Source of the DNA: Nitrospiraceae bacterium
Lineage (GTDB): Bacteria > Nitrospirota > Nitrospiria > Nitrospirales > UBA8639
Assembly (NCBI GenBank): GCA_020632595.1
Contig: JACKFF010000006.1
Coordinates: 1,460-65,459 of the forward strand
Direction: 5' to 3'
Length of the DNA stretch: 64,000 nt
Shown: positions 39,366 to 48,903 of the stretch, piece after piece
Numbering within the stretch: position 1 is the first letter of the stretch
Layout: every line of letters begins with the position of its first letter
Position numbers and translations under genes: made by a program
The notes under the pieces: model-generated
Databases searched by the model: none
What the model saw: only the letters and a program-made list of their open reading frames with translations
What the model was told of the DNA's origin: nothing

Positions 39366-40434
39366 GAATAAAGACGGGGCGGATAAATCCGAGCAACCGA
39401 GTCCGAAGCGTTTAGCGGAGGCTCGTCGCAAAGGCCAAGTGCCGATGACCCGGGAATTGCCTTCGTTGTTTGTGTTGTTGGGCGGGGTTGGGCTGCTGTC
39501 TCTGTGGGCGCCTCACGCCTTTGTCCAATTTTTTGATCATTACCGACAGTGGTTGGCCCAGGCCGGAACCCTTCATTTAGATGCGCAGTCGACACATGCC
39601 TTGTTGTTAAATATTGCCTATCAGGCTTTTGTTCCCCTCATTCCGTTCGGGCTCCTGGTCGGGGTATTCGCCTTTCTCGCCGTTATCCTTCAAACGGGAC
39701 CGCTGTGGATTGAAGAGGCCTTACAACCCAAGCCCTCCAAATTGAATCCCTCCAATGGGTTGAAGCGCATTTTTTCCTGGAAAGGCGTCGTCGACCTTTT
39801 AAAGTCCTTGCTCAAATTAGCAGGGGTGAGTGGCATTGCCTATCTGATTCTGTCTCATAACCTGCTCGCCATTGTTCAACTTCCCCTCCTGGAGTTAACG
39901 GAGGCGGTTGGGGGCGTGTGGGGTCTCCTGGAGAATATTACATGGTCGGTCGGAGGGTCCCTGCTCCTGTTGGCGATCATCGATTTCGTCTATCAGCGGT
40001 GGCAGCATATTGAAGATCACAAGATGACGAAACAGGAAGTAAAAGACGAGTCAAAGGATGTGGAAGGTGATCCGCAGATTCGATCCCGCCGGCTCAGTTT
40101 ACAACGGGAACGCGCCCGACAACGAATGTTGCAGGCGGTGCCTAAAGCCGATGTGGTGATTACCAACCCTACGCACGTGGCGGTGGCACTCAGGTATGAA
40201 ACAGGAAAAATGGACGCTCCGGTGGTGGTGGCGAAGGGCGCCGGATTTATGGCGGAGAAGATTAAGCAAATCGCGCGTCATGCGAACGTGCCGATTATTG
40301 AAAACCGGAGTTTGGCTCGAGGTCTGTATAAGGCGGTGAAAATCGGCCAAGAAGTGCCTAGTGCGTTGTATCAGGCGGCCGCCGAGGTGTTGGCCTACGT
40401 GTATCGCCTGAAGAAAATGCATGGGGGAGATTGA
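39358..40434 (+). CDS. flhB: flagellar export switch protein FlhB
   Basis: SEQPSPKRLAEARRKGQVP N-terminus and the NPTH autocleavage site (VVITNPTHVAVAL). Confidence 0.9.
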   Translation: MAENKDGADKSEQPSPKRLAEARRKGQVPMTRELPSLFVLLGGVGLLSLWAPHAFVQFFDHYRQWLAQAGTLHLDAQSTHALLLNIAYQAFVPLIPFGLLVGVFAFLAVILQTGPLWIEEALQPKPSKLNPSNGLKRIFSWKGVVDLLKSLLKLAGVSGIAYLILSHNLLAIVQLPLLELTEAVGGVWGLLENITWSVGGSLLLLAIIDFVYQRWQHIEDHKMTKQEVKDESKDVEGDPQIRSRRLSLQRERARQRMLQAVPKADVVITNPTHVAVALRYETGKMDAPVVVAKGAGFMAEKIKQIARHANVPIIENRSLARGLYKAVKIGQEVPSALYQAAAEVLAYVYRLKKMHGGD

Positions 40435-40556
40435 AGACGTGAAGCGTGAAAAGTGAAAAGGAAGACGAAAAAAATCAAAAGGAATCAGAAAAAAAACAGA
40501 CTTTTTCCATTTCTTCTTCACTGGTGTCTTCTCGATTTTCACTTTTGGCTTTCCAC
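40435..40556 (+). repeat. intergenic hairpin element (flhB/flhA spacer)
   Basis: AGACGTGA directly after the stop. GAAAAGTGAAAAGGAAGAC (40448-40466) pairs with GTCTTCTCGATTTTCACTTTT (40526-40546). Confidence 0.6.
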
Positions 40557-40639
40557 CCCTGACATAGCAAGAGTGTTAGCAGAGTCCGATGGAGGCAGTT
40601 GGGCAATCTTTGTGAGAGCGGTAACCGATCAGGGCACGC

Positions 40640-42748
40640 ATGGCATTTGATTCTCAAAAATTACGAGACGAACTGACTCCCGCGCATTATGGGGATGTTC
40701 TTTTGCCGATCGGGGTGGTGGGGATGCTCCTCCTCATGCTCTTACCCCTTCCCTCATTTCTGTTGGACCTTTTTTTATCCTTCAGTATTACGCTGGCTGT
40801 CTTGATTTTACTCGTGACCATGCATGCCGGGCGTCCTGCAGAATTTTCCGTCTTCCCCTCGGTGGTGTTACTCACCACGTTGTTCCGGCTTGCACTGAAC
40901 ATTGCTTCGACGAGGGCCATTCTCATGCATGGAAACGAAGGCCCCGCTGCCGCCGGGCAGGTCATTGCCGTGTTCGGGGAGTTTGTGGTCGGGGGGAATT
41001 ATGCGGTGGGCATTGTGGTTTTCTCCATTCTGGTCATTATCAATTTCGTCGTGATCACGAAGGGGGCCACCCGTATTGCGGAAGTTGCCGCGCGGTTTAC
41101 CCTGGATGCGATGCCCGGCCGGCAAATGAGTATCGATGCGGATCTGAATGCGGGAATCATTGACGAAGGCGAGGCCCGGAAACGCCGGGAGGCCATTTCA
41201 CAGGAAGCCGATTTTTACGGATCGATGGACGGTGCCAGTAAGTTTGTCCGGGGCGATGCGATTGCCGCGCTGCTCATTATCTTCATCAACGTCATCGGGG
41301 GGTTGGGCATCGGCGTGCTGGAGCATGGGATGTCCATCATTGAAGCTGCCAAACGCTTCACCCTGCTGACCGTCGGGGACGCCATTGTGGCTCAAATCCC
41401 TGCCCTGATTATGTCGACGGCCGCCGGTATTATCGTGACGAGGGTTTCGACCAAAACCAGCCTTGGACGTGATTTAACCGACCAAATCTTTTTTAATCCC
41501 CATCTTGTGGCTGCCGTGGCGGGCATGTTGTTCTTTTTAGGATTTCTTCCCGGGCTGCCGCATGTCGCGTTTTTAATGTTGGGAACCATGACAGCCGGTC
41601 TTGCCTATGTGTTGTGGAATCAGAAGCAGGAGGCCGCTCGGCTAAAAAATCTTCCCAAGAAAAAAGATCCGGCGACCTCTTCCGGCACGGAATCGGTCGA
41701 TTCCGTGACTCCTCCTGACCTTCTGGAATTGCATGTCGGTTATGGGCTTGTGCCGTTTGTTGATCAAGCTCAGGGAGGAGAGTTGCTGGAACGGATTCGG
41801 GCTATCCGGCGCCAAACGGCTCTTGATATGGGATTTGTCGTACCCGCCGTGCATATTCGGGATAATCTCCAGCTCAAACCCCATGAGTATAATATTTTGT
41901 TGAAGGGGATTCAGGTCGCCAAGGGAGAATTGGTGCCCCGGCATTTATTGGCCATCAATCCCGGTCATGCCAAAAAGGGCCTGCAAGGAAAGCCGGGAAA
42001 AGATCCGTGTTTCGGATTGCCGGCCGTCTGGATTGCTCCGACAGAAAAAGAGCGTGCTCAAATGGATGGCTATACGGTCGTTGATGGCCCGGCCATTATT
42101 GCCACGCATATGACCGAATTTATTAAAACGAATGGGCATGAATTGCTGGGTCGGCAAGAGGTCCAGAATTTGCTGGATAACCTCGCTAAGACGTATCCCA
42201 AGGTGGTGGATGACTTGATTCCGACTCAAATATCGTTAGGAGCGGTGGTGAGAATCCTCAAGAATCTCTTACGGGAACGAGTGTCGATCCGTGATTTGCG
42301 GACCATTCTGGAGACTGTTGCGGATTACACCACTCAGAGTAAGGATCCTGACACCCTGACCGAATATGCTCGGCAAAATTTATCCAGAACGATTTCGTCC
42401 CAATACGCCAATCCCGACGGATTGCTGCAGGTGATTAGTCTGGATCCGGTACTGGATCGCCGCTTGATGGAGGCGATGCGGCCGAGTGGAAATGGAGAGC
42501 AGGGTGGGTTGCCTCCCAGTTTGTTGAATCAGGTGATTGTGTCGGTCCGTCAGGCCATTGAGCGAGTCGTGAGTCAAGGATATCAACCCGTGCTGTTATG
42601 TTCCCAGTCGATTCGATCCCAACTGTATCGCTTAGTCTCGCCGGGCGTGCATGCCCTGGCGGTCCTTTCGCCGAATGAGTTGGACCCTAAAACTCAAATT
42701 CAAGCTATTGAAGTTGTGAGGATGCCACATGAAGCTGAAACGGTTTGA
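40640..42748 (+). CDS. flhA: flagellar export gate protein FlhA
   Basis: FPSVVLLTTLFRLALNIASTR, EVAARFTLDAMPGRQMSIDADL, FYGSMDGASKFVRGDA. Confidence 0.95.
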   Translation: MAFDSQKLRDELTPAHYGDVLLPIGVVGMLLLMLLPLPSFLLDLFLSFSITLAVLILLVTMHAGRPAEFSVFPSVVLLTTLFRLALNIASTRAILMHGNEGPAAAGQVIAVFGEFVVGGNYAVGIVVFSILVIINFVVITKGATRIAEVAARFTLDAMPGRQMSIDADLNAGIIDEGEARKRREAISQEADFYGSMDGASKFVRGDAIAALLIIFINVIGGLGIGVLEHGMSIIEAAKRFTLLTVGDAIVAQIPALIMSTAAGIIVTRVSTKTSLGRDLTDQIFFNPHLVAAVAGMLFFLGFLPGLPHVAFLMLGTMTAGLAYVLWNQKQEAARLKNLPKKKDPATSSGTESVDSVTPPDLLELHVGYGLVPFVDQAQGGELLERIRAIRRQTALDMGFVVPAVHIRDNLQLKPHEYNILLKGIQVAKGELVPRHLLAINPGHAKKGLQGKPGKDPCFGLPAVWIAPTEKERAQMDGYTVVDGPAIIATHMTEFIKTNGHELLGRQEVQNLLDNLAKTYPKVVDDLIPTQISLGAVVRILKNLLRERVSIRDLRTILETVADYTTQSKDPDTLTEYARQNLSRTISSQYANPDGLLQVISLDPVLDRRLMEAMRPSGNGEQGGLPPSLLNQVIVSVRQAIERVVSQGYQPVLLCSQSIRSQLYRLVSPGVHALAVLSPNELDPKTQIQAIEVVRMPHEAETV

Positions 42749-44063
42749 GGCCCTTTCATTACAAGAAGCTCTCCAAGCGGTCAAAGCCGAACTGGGACCT
42801 GAGGCGGTCATCGTTTCGTCGCGTCGTATTCAAAAAGGGGGAGGCTTGTTCGGTCTGCTTAGTCAGTCCGTCATTGAGGTCACCGCGGCGGTGGATCGTT
42901 CGGCCCAGGCGGAGGAAGGTCCTGCCGCACGCGTTGATCGCTCCCTTCAGAACCTTTTGGCCAAACGTGTTGTGCCTGAGGAGCCGGTTCGTCAACGGGG
43001 ACAGCCCAAAACGGATGCCAGTTTTTCGGAAGCTCTCCAGGTGGCGACGGTGCTCGATCCCGTGACTCAGAACCTTCATGAGATGCGCCAGGAAATTCAA
43101 CGGTTGCGGGAGGAGCAACAAGATCCTGAACGGGTGTTAGGGCCCTTGCGACAAGAATTAGAAGGCTTGCGGATTGTGGTGGGACAAGTCTTGGGAAGTC
43201 AGATGGACAAACGTGTTGAGGGGTTACCCGGAGACGTGATGGACGTCTACCAGTCCATGGTGAGTCAGGGCGTGACTCCTCAGACAGCGCATCATCTGCT
43301 TCGTGCGGTAGTGGAAACGCTCGGGACTGCCGGGGTGGGAAATCGGGAAGCCATGAAAAGTCTGTTATGGGAACGGATGGAGGAGACCGTAGCCGTCTCG
43401 GGTCCATCAATTTCCAAGCATTATGGCCAAAAAGTGATGATGATGGTTGGGCCGACAGGCGTGGGGAAAACGACGACCATTGCCAAGCTGGCAGGGTTGG
43501 CCCGACAACAGGATGAGCATCGGCGAACCGTGTTGATTACCTTGGATACGTATCGTGTGGCAGCGGTGGAGCAACTCCGGGTGTTTGCAAAAATTTTAAA
43601 AATTCCTTTGGAGGTGGCCGTATCCCACAAGGATTTTATGGAATGCATGGGACGCCATCAGCATGCCGATTTGCTGTTGATCGACACGGCGGGGCGAAGC
43701 CCAAAGGATCAAGCCGGGTATGACGAATTACTCGCGATCACCAGAGGACAATTACACGTCGAAACGCATCTGGTGTTAGCCGCTCCGATGGCCGAGTCGG
43801 TGCAGATGGACGCCATTCGCCGCTATCAATCGGTTCCTATCCATAAGCTCATCATCACGAAACTGGATGAGGTCTCGAGCGGGGGCGGTCTGTATAACGT
43901 CTTGTCACAGACGGGACTGCCGGTTTCGTATCTCTCTGCCGGACAGCGTGTGCCTGAAGACTTAGAAATCGCCACCCGGACACGCCTCATCGAATTGGCT
44001 TGGGGCCACTCACCAGGCCAGGTCCTTCAAGAACGTGTGCCGGTCACGGGGGTGGCGCACTAA
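42729..44063 (+). CDS. flhF: flagellar SRP-type GTPase FlhF
   Basis: GPTGVGKTTTIAKLA, DTYRVAAVEQL, LIDTAGRS, TKLDE. Confidence 0.85.
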   Translation: MKLKRFEALSLQEALQAVKAELGPEAVIVSSRRIQKGGGLFGLLSQSVIEVTAAVDRSAQAEEGPAARVDRSLQNLLAKRVVPEEPVRQRGQPKTDASFSEALQVATVLDPVTQNLHEMRQEIQRLREEQQDPERVLGPLRQELEGLRIVVGQVLGSQMDKRVEGLPGDVMDVYQSMVSQGVTPQTAHHLLRAVVETLGTAGVGNREAMKSLLWERMEETVAVSGPSISKHYGQKVMMMVGPTGVGKTTTIAKLAGLARQQDEHRRTVLITLDTYRVAAVEQLRVFAKILKIPLEVAVSHKDFMECMGRHQHADLLLIDTAGRSPKDQAGYDELLAITRGQLHVETHLVLAAPMAESVQMDAIRRYQSVPIHKLIITKLDEVSSGGGLYNVLSQTGLPVSYLSAGQRVPEDLEIATRTRLIELAWGHSPGQVLQERVPVTGVAH

Positions 44064-44995
44064 TGGCCGGGTCATTATCCACACCGGTTCTGGTGCCCGG
44101 CGTTCCGGCCCAACGACCACTGGATCAAGCCAGTGGATTGCGTGCAGCCATGACCTCCAACCCACAGGATCCTTCACGGATTCAGGTGATTGCGGTCAGT
44201 TCCGGAAAAGGCGGAGTAGGAAAAAGTAATGTCGTCGCGAATTTAGCGGTGGCTGCAGCCCGGCAGGGACGGAAGGTGTTGATCATGGATGCGGATCTGG
44301 CCTTAGGAAACGTCGACATCCTCCTGGGCCTCACTCCGCAGTATACGATTGAGGATGTTCTCTCCGGGCAGCGAGGGTTGAAGGACGTCCTCGTGACCGG
44401 GCCCGAAGGTATTCGCCTGTTGCCGGCGACCTCCGGAGGCCAGGCATTTACTCAGCTGACGCATGAGCAGCAACTTCATTTGCAATCGGCGTTCCTTCAG
44501 TTGGCGTCTCCGCCGGATTTGCTGCTTATTGATTGTGCGGCAGGGATTTCGGCCAATGTGCTGTACTTCAGTGTAGTGGCCCACGAAACACTGGTAGTGG
44601 TATCGCCCGACCCGACGTCTCTGACGGATGCGTATGCCCTGGTCAAAATTCTTTCCACCCGTTATCACTTACGCACATTCCGCATGCTGGTCAATAAAGT
44701 GAAGCATACTCAGGAAGGCAAAGATGTGTTTCGGAAGTTGAGTCTGGTGACGGATCGGTTTTTAAATATTTCGCTCGATTACCTCGGCTGTGTTCCCGCA
44801 GACGATTATGTGACCATGGCCGTGGCCCAACAACGCGCGGTGTGCGATGTCTATCCCCGCGCCCCGGCGAGTCGAGCCTTTTCTTCGTTGGTGAAGACCC
44901 TCAATGATTGGAGAGGAGATAGTTCCTGGCATGGGGGCTTTCAACTCTTCGGTCCTGCAGCTTTGGGAGCCACTCGAACTGTGACGGAAGGATAA
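44063..44995 (+). CDS. flhG: MinD/ParA-type ATPase FlhG (FleN)
   Basis: Deviant Walker A SGKGGVGKS, then DADLALGN. ATG 44063 overlaps the flhF stop (TAATG). Confidence 0.85.
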   Translation: MAGSLSTPVLVPGVPAQRPLDQASGLRAAMTSNPQDPSRIQVIAVSSGKGGVGKSNVVANLAVAAARQGRKVLIMDADLALGNVDILLGLTPQYTIEDVLSGQRGLKDVLVTGPEGIRLLPATSGGQAFTQLTHEQQLHLQSAFLQLASPPDLLLIDCAAGISANVLYFSVVAHETLVVVSPDPTSLTDAYALVKILSTRYHLRTFRMLVNKVKHTQEGKDVFRKLSLVTDRFLNISLDYLGCVPADDYVTMAVAQQRAVCDVYPRAPASRAFSSLVKTLNDWRGDSSWHGGFQLFGPAALGATRTVTEG

Positions 44996-44998
44996 CCT

Positions 44999-45793
44999 AT
45001 GAAACGTGGCGCGGTAACAACGGTTTCAGAGAGCCCGGTTTCGGAGAAACCGGCATCGTTGAATCCGACGAAACTTTCGCTTTCCACCCAGGAGCGTGAG
45101 ACGTTGGTTCAGGAGTTTTTGCCGGTAATTAAATACATGGCTATGCGAATGGCCATGCGAGCGTCGAGTGGGCTCAATGTGGAAGATCTCATGAGTGCCG
45201 GAATGGTTGGGCTTCTGGATGCTCTGACGAAATTCGATCCTTCACGAGAAATAAAATTTCGTACCTATGCCGAGTTTCGTATTCGTGGAGCGATGCTTGA
45301 TGAAATCCGGGCGATGGACTGGGTCCCGCGGTCTCTTCGGGAACGCATCGGGAAAATTCAGCATGCAGCCAATGAATGGACGAAACGCAAAGGGCGGCCA
45401 CCGACGGAGGATGAGCTCGCAGAATCCTTAGGCATGGAGGCTCAGGAGGTGGACGAGACTCTTCTGCAAGCCAAGGGAGCCGTCGTGTTAAGTCTCGATG
45501 ATTTGGGCTCCAATGATGAAGACTCACATCCCATTTTGGATGCACTGGCGGATCGGGACCAACCTTCGCCGTTGGAGACGTTGGTGTCGGAGGATGCCCG
45601 CCAGGCGTTGGTCGATGCCATTGAACGATTGCCGGAGCGTCAACGGCTGGTGTTAACCCTCTATTATTTTGAAGAACTGACCATGAAAGAAATAGGAGTC
45701 GTGTTGCACGTCACGGAATCCCGAATTTGTCAATTACATGCCCAAGCCATGATTCGTCTGAAGGCCCTTCTTCATACTCGGCTCGGTCCGTAG
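44999..45793 (+). CDS. fliA: flagellar sigma factor FliA (sigma28)
   Basis: Region 2 (LMSAGMVGLLDALTKFDP...FRTYAEFRIRGAMLDEIR) and region 4 (LVLTLYYFEELTMKEIGVVLHVTESRICQLH). Confidence 0.9.
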   Translation: MKRGAVTTVSESPVSEKPASLNPTKLSLSTQERETLVQEFLPVIKYMAMRMAMRASSGLNVEDLMSAGMVGLLDALTKFDPSREIKFRTYAEFRIRGAMLDEIRAMDWVPRSLRERIGKIQHAANEWTKRKGRPPTEDELAESLGMEAQEVDETLLQAKGAVVLSLDDLGSNDEDSHPILDALADRDQPSPLETLVSEDARQALVDAIERLPERQRLVLTLYYFEELTMKEIGVVLHVTESRICQLHAQAMIRLKALLHTRLGP

Positions 45794-45799
45794 ATATGC

Positions 45800-45850
45800 C
45801 TGAGAGAGACGGCGTAAGCCCTCAGGCGAAGGTGGCGTTTTTTTTTCGGC
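45800..45850 (+). terminator. possible terminator after fliA
   Basis: GCCTGAG...CTCAGGC stem followed ~10 nt later by a T9 run. Geometry is non-canonical. Confidence 0.3.
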
Positions 45851-45902
45851 ATGTCCGACATCTTTGATCGGGCATTGAACTTCAGTTCATGACCAATACG
45901 CG

Positions 45903-45978
45903 CCGTGTGAGGCATGAGTATGGTGAGATAGGGAGGTCTGCTTTTCCTTGAATTTCCAGACACCTCCGTTTTCCTTGC
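45903..45978 (+). repeat. intergenic hairpin element (downstream of fliA)
   Basis: CGTGTGAGGCATGAGTATGGTGAGATAGGGAGGTCTG ... CAGACACCTCCGTTTTCCTTGC. Confidence 0.5.
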
Positions 45979-46000
45979 TACACAACTCTCGAATATCTCT

Positions 46001-47224
46001 GTGGGTTCAATGAAGCAGATGCCGACGGAAAAGGTCCTCGAAATGAACACGCCTCCCGGCGATCCCCTGTATACCATTCTCATTGTGGATGATGAAACGG
46101 TTGTGCGGATGGTTGCCAAGAAGCGTTTGGCCAAACTGCCCTGTCGATTATTAGAGGCAGGTAGCGGGGAAGAGGCGCTAGTCATCCTGGATCACGAGCC
46201 GGTGGATCTCATCCTGTCGGATTGGGTCATGCCCGGTCTTGATGGTCCCGGACTTTGTGAAGCGATTAAACAGGATGAACGCTATCGCACGATCCATTTT
46301 ATCCTGATGACGGCATTGGACCATCCGACACAAATTGCCGAAGGGCTCAGCCGGGGAGCCGACGACTTTCTTTCCAAAACCGATTCCGATCATGAAATTG
46401 TCGCCAGAGTGTGCGCGGGGCTTCGAGCGCGACAGTTGATGACGTATGTGGAAAAGTCTAATCGGTTGTTATCACAAAAGCAGGCCGAATTAGATTCTGA
46501 GCTCCGTTCGGCCTCCACCTTTGTGCGTAGTCTGCTTCCCCGGACCGGGGAAGTGATTCCTGGAGTGCGGGTGGAGTGGGAATTTTTGCCGTCTTCGCAT
46601 TTGGGGGGAGATTTCTTTCAGATCGCCCGATGGGGGGACGACCATCTCGGTCTTATGGTGTTGGATATGTCGGGTCATGGAATCGGGCCGGCGTTGCGGG
46701 CCGTATCGTTATCTCTGCTTTTCAAGGGAGACCACATGCAACAATTGTTTCCCTCCTACGATCCAGGTGAGATTCTGACGAGTCTGAACCAACAATATCC
46801 CATGAGCGATGACGGGGAGTACTTCACGATCTGGATTGGGGTATGGCAATGCTCCACCCGCCTCCTTCGATATGCGAGTGCGGGGCATCCCGGTTCCATT
46901 ATTGTGAAAACCGACCGGTCCTCGATGGTGTTAGGCGAAAAATCCTGGCCCATTGGTTTTTCGCGTAACGAAGTGTATGGAACTAATTCCATCTCCGTGA
47001 AGCCGGGGGACCGGATGTATCTCTATAGTGATGGGATTTATGAGGTGATGAATCCTCAGGAAGAGATCTGGGGGAAAAAAAGACTTCGGAAGGCCCTTGA
47101 GGCGGTTGCCGGCCAGCCGATGCAGTCGGGATTATCCCGTATTATCGAGCAGAGCCGGGCATGGAATGCCAAAGGCGGGTTTGAGGATGACGTTGCGTTA
47201 CTTGGAGTGGAGTTTTATACGTGA
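46001..47224 (+). CDS. response-regulator receiver fused to PP2C (SpoIIE/RsbU-type) phosphatase
   Basis: REC (ILIVDDE...ILSDWVMPGLDG...LSKT), then a PP2C block (GGDFFQI...VLDMSGHGIGPAL...YLYSDGIYE...EDDVALLGVEF). Confidence 0.85.
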   Translation: MGSMKQMPTEKVLEMNTPPGDPLYTILIVDDETVVRMVAKKRLAKLPCRLLEAGSGEEALVILDHEPVDLILSDWVMPGLDGPGLCEAIKQDERYRTIHFILMTALDHPTQIAEGLSRGADDFLSKTDSDHEIVARVCAGLRARQLMTYVEKSNRLLSQKQAELDSELRSASTFVRSLLPRTGEVIPGVRVEWEFLPSSHLGGDFFQIARWGDDHLGLMVLDMSGHGIGPALRAVSLSLLFKGDHMQQLFPSYDPGEILTSLNQQYPMSDDGEYFTIWIGVWQCSTRLLRYASAGHPGSIIVKTDRSSMVLGEKSWPIGFSRNEVYGTNSISVKPGDRMYLYSDGIYEVMNPQEEIWGKKRLRKALEAVAGQPMQSGLSRIIEQSRAWNAKGGFEDDVALLGVEFYT

Positions 47225-47293
47225 GGCCATAGCAGCAAGATACCCCTTTAGCCGGAAGATTCACCTCTCATGTTCTACCCTGACACCTCACGC
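47219..47293 (+). repeat. intergenic hairpin element (REC-PP2C / REC-kinase spacer)
   Basis: The stop codon is embedded in ACGTGAGGCC. Pyrimidine arm TTCACCTCTCATGTTCTACCCTGACACCTCACGC. Confidence 0.5.
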
Positions 47294-47308
47294 TTGGCGG
47301 TTGTCGAA

Positions 47309-48286
47309 ATGGCAGGTATGACAAACACTGTCTCCCGAATCCTCTTAGTAGACGATGATGCGTCAAATCTGGATGTTCTAGTCGAATGTCTGAAGGATGA
47401 ACCCTATGAACTTGTTCAGGCCCAGAATGGGGAAGAGGCCTTAACGCATTTGCGAAAGGATGGCCAAGAATTTCATGCCATGGTGTTGGATCGAATGATG
47501 CCGGGGATGAATGGTCTTGATCTTTTGGGGCATCTGAAAGCTGATGAGCGGCTTCAATGGCTTCCGGTTGTGATGCAAACCGCAGCCGGATCTCCCCAAG
47601 AAATAGGCGAAGGGATTGAAGCGGGAGTCTTTTTTTATCTCATTAAGCCCTTTGACCAGCGGCTCCTTTTGCGGATTGTCAACGCCGCGGTTGAGGAGGG
47701 ATTGAAATGGAAACGGATATGCCGAAATCTGCACCAACAGTCTCAGATTGTTGAATTGTTGCAGCAAGGCCGTTTTCACGTTCGTACCATGGAAGAGGCG
47801 TATGATCTGGCATTCCTATTGGGGCGAGCTTGCCCCAATGCAGAAAAAGTTGTGTTCGGGCTAAATGAACTCTTGGCGAATGGCGTGGAGCATGGAAATT
47901 TGGGAATCGGGTTCGATGAAAAAACGGTCCTGCAGGCAAAGGGAACATGGGAGAAAGAAATTCAACATCGGTCTGGGCTGCCTGAGTATGTCCATAAGGT
48001 GGTCGACGTGTTGTTTGAACGGTGTCAGGATTGCATCCAGATCACCATCACGGACCAAGGTTCGGGTTTCGACTGGCGGAAGTATGAACAGATCAACCCG
48101 GACCGAATTTTGGAAAGTCACGGAAGGGGTATTGCGATGGCCAAGGCCCTAAGTTTCTCACGGATCGAGTATCGAGGGAAAGGCAATCAGGTCGTGTGTG
48201 TCATCAAGACTGACTCCCCGATCGGTGATGAAGGGAACTCTTTCGCATCTGAACCGATGGCCGTTCACAAATCGAATCGGGCGTGA
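47309..48286 (+). CDS. response-regulator receiver fused to an RsbW/SpoIIAB-like HATPase (anti-sigma-type serine kinase) domain
   Basis: REC (ILLVDDD...VLDRMMPGMNG...LIKPF), then ELLANGVEHGN...ITITDQGSGFD...HGRGIAMAK. ATG 47309 or 47318. Confidence 0.75.
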   Translation: MAGMTNTVSRILLVDDDASNLDVLVECLKDEPYELVQAQNGEEALTHLRKDGQEFHAMVLDRMMPGMNGLDLLGHLKADERLQWLPVVMQTAAGSPQEIGEGIEAGVFFYLIKPFDQRLLLRIVNAAVEEGLKWKRICRNLHQQSQIVELLQQGRFHVRTMEEAYDLAFLLGRACPNAEKVVFGLNELLANGVEHGNLGIGFDEKTVLQAKGTWEKEIQHRSGLPEYVHKVVDVLFERCQDCIQITITDQGSGFDWRKYEQINPDRILESHGRGIAMAKALSFSRIEYRGKGNQVVCVIKTDSPIGDEGNSFASEPMAVHKSNRA

Positions 48287-48358
48287 GGAGTCATACGTGA
48301 GGGAAAAGCGAATTTGCCCTCTCCAAAAATTTCCCTCCGTATCCTTACTCCTCCCTAC
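48279..48358 (+). repeat. intergenic hairpin element (after the REC-kinase gene)
   Basis: The stop is embedded in GGCGTGAGGAGTCATACGTGAGGGAAAAGCG. Pyrimidine arm TTCCCTCCGTATCCTTACTCCTCCCTAC. Confidence 0.6.
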
Positions 48359-48548
48359 AGGTTGTGGGCATCATGAGAAAAAATGAGTCTGTCTAAAGTA
48401 AGTTTCATTGGTCTCCGAAAGGGATCGTTGTCTCCTGTTTATCTCTTGATAGGTCGTAGGGATTACCCTGGGAATCGTAGCGTCAGATTAGACAGGAAGG
48501 GACGTTGGAAGGTTTACGGTTTTTTTTTACGAAAGATGAGAGGGTAAC

Positions 48549-48845
48549 ATGGAAGAATGCCAAGTCACGTCAAGGAGTCCTGATGAGCCGGTACTCAGGC
48601 CCCAAGGCGACCTCACCATTTTTGAAGCGGCACAATTTCACGCCGATTTAATGTCCTTGAATCAACAAAAGGGGCCTCTCGTGATTGATTTAAGCGGGGT
48701 GGACCGTATGGATTCCTCCTGTGTGCAGCTGATGGTCGCAGCGACCCGCTCCGGGCGGGTGACGGTGCGGGGGTATTCCAACCGTATTCGTGACAAGTTT
48801 GAGCAAATTGGATTTGCACAGTTTCTTCCACCCCAGGAATCGTAA
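48549..48845 (+). CDS. STAS-domain anti-sigma-factor antagonist
   Basis: 98 aa. GDLTIFEAAQF...LVIDLSGVDRMDSSCVQLMVAA is a SpoIIAA-like pattern with Ser after the D-x-x-D/S position. Confidence 0.8.
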   Translation: MEECQVTSRSPDEPVLRPQGDLTIFEAAQFHADLMSLNQQKGPLVIDLSGVDRMDSSCVQLMVAATRSGRVTVRGYSNRIRDKFEQIGFAQFLPPQES

Positions 48846-48903
48846 CGCAAAAACATTAAATAATGCAGTCGGTATTCAACGAGATTCAAGAATGAGGTGA
48901 TGT

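Noticed and set aside
40453-40650. 65-aa ORF in the flhB/flhA spacer (MKRKTKKIKRNQKKNR...)
   Set aside because: The low-complexity Lys-rich translation comes from the A-rich loop of the hairpin element. It has no SD and would overlap the flhA start.
48394-48421. Possible sigma28 promoter TAAA-N16-TCCGAAAG upstream of the STAS gene
   Set aside because: Only 5 of 8 positions match in the -10 element and the spacer is non-optimal; too weak to call.
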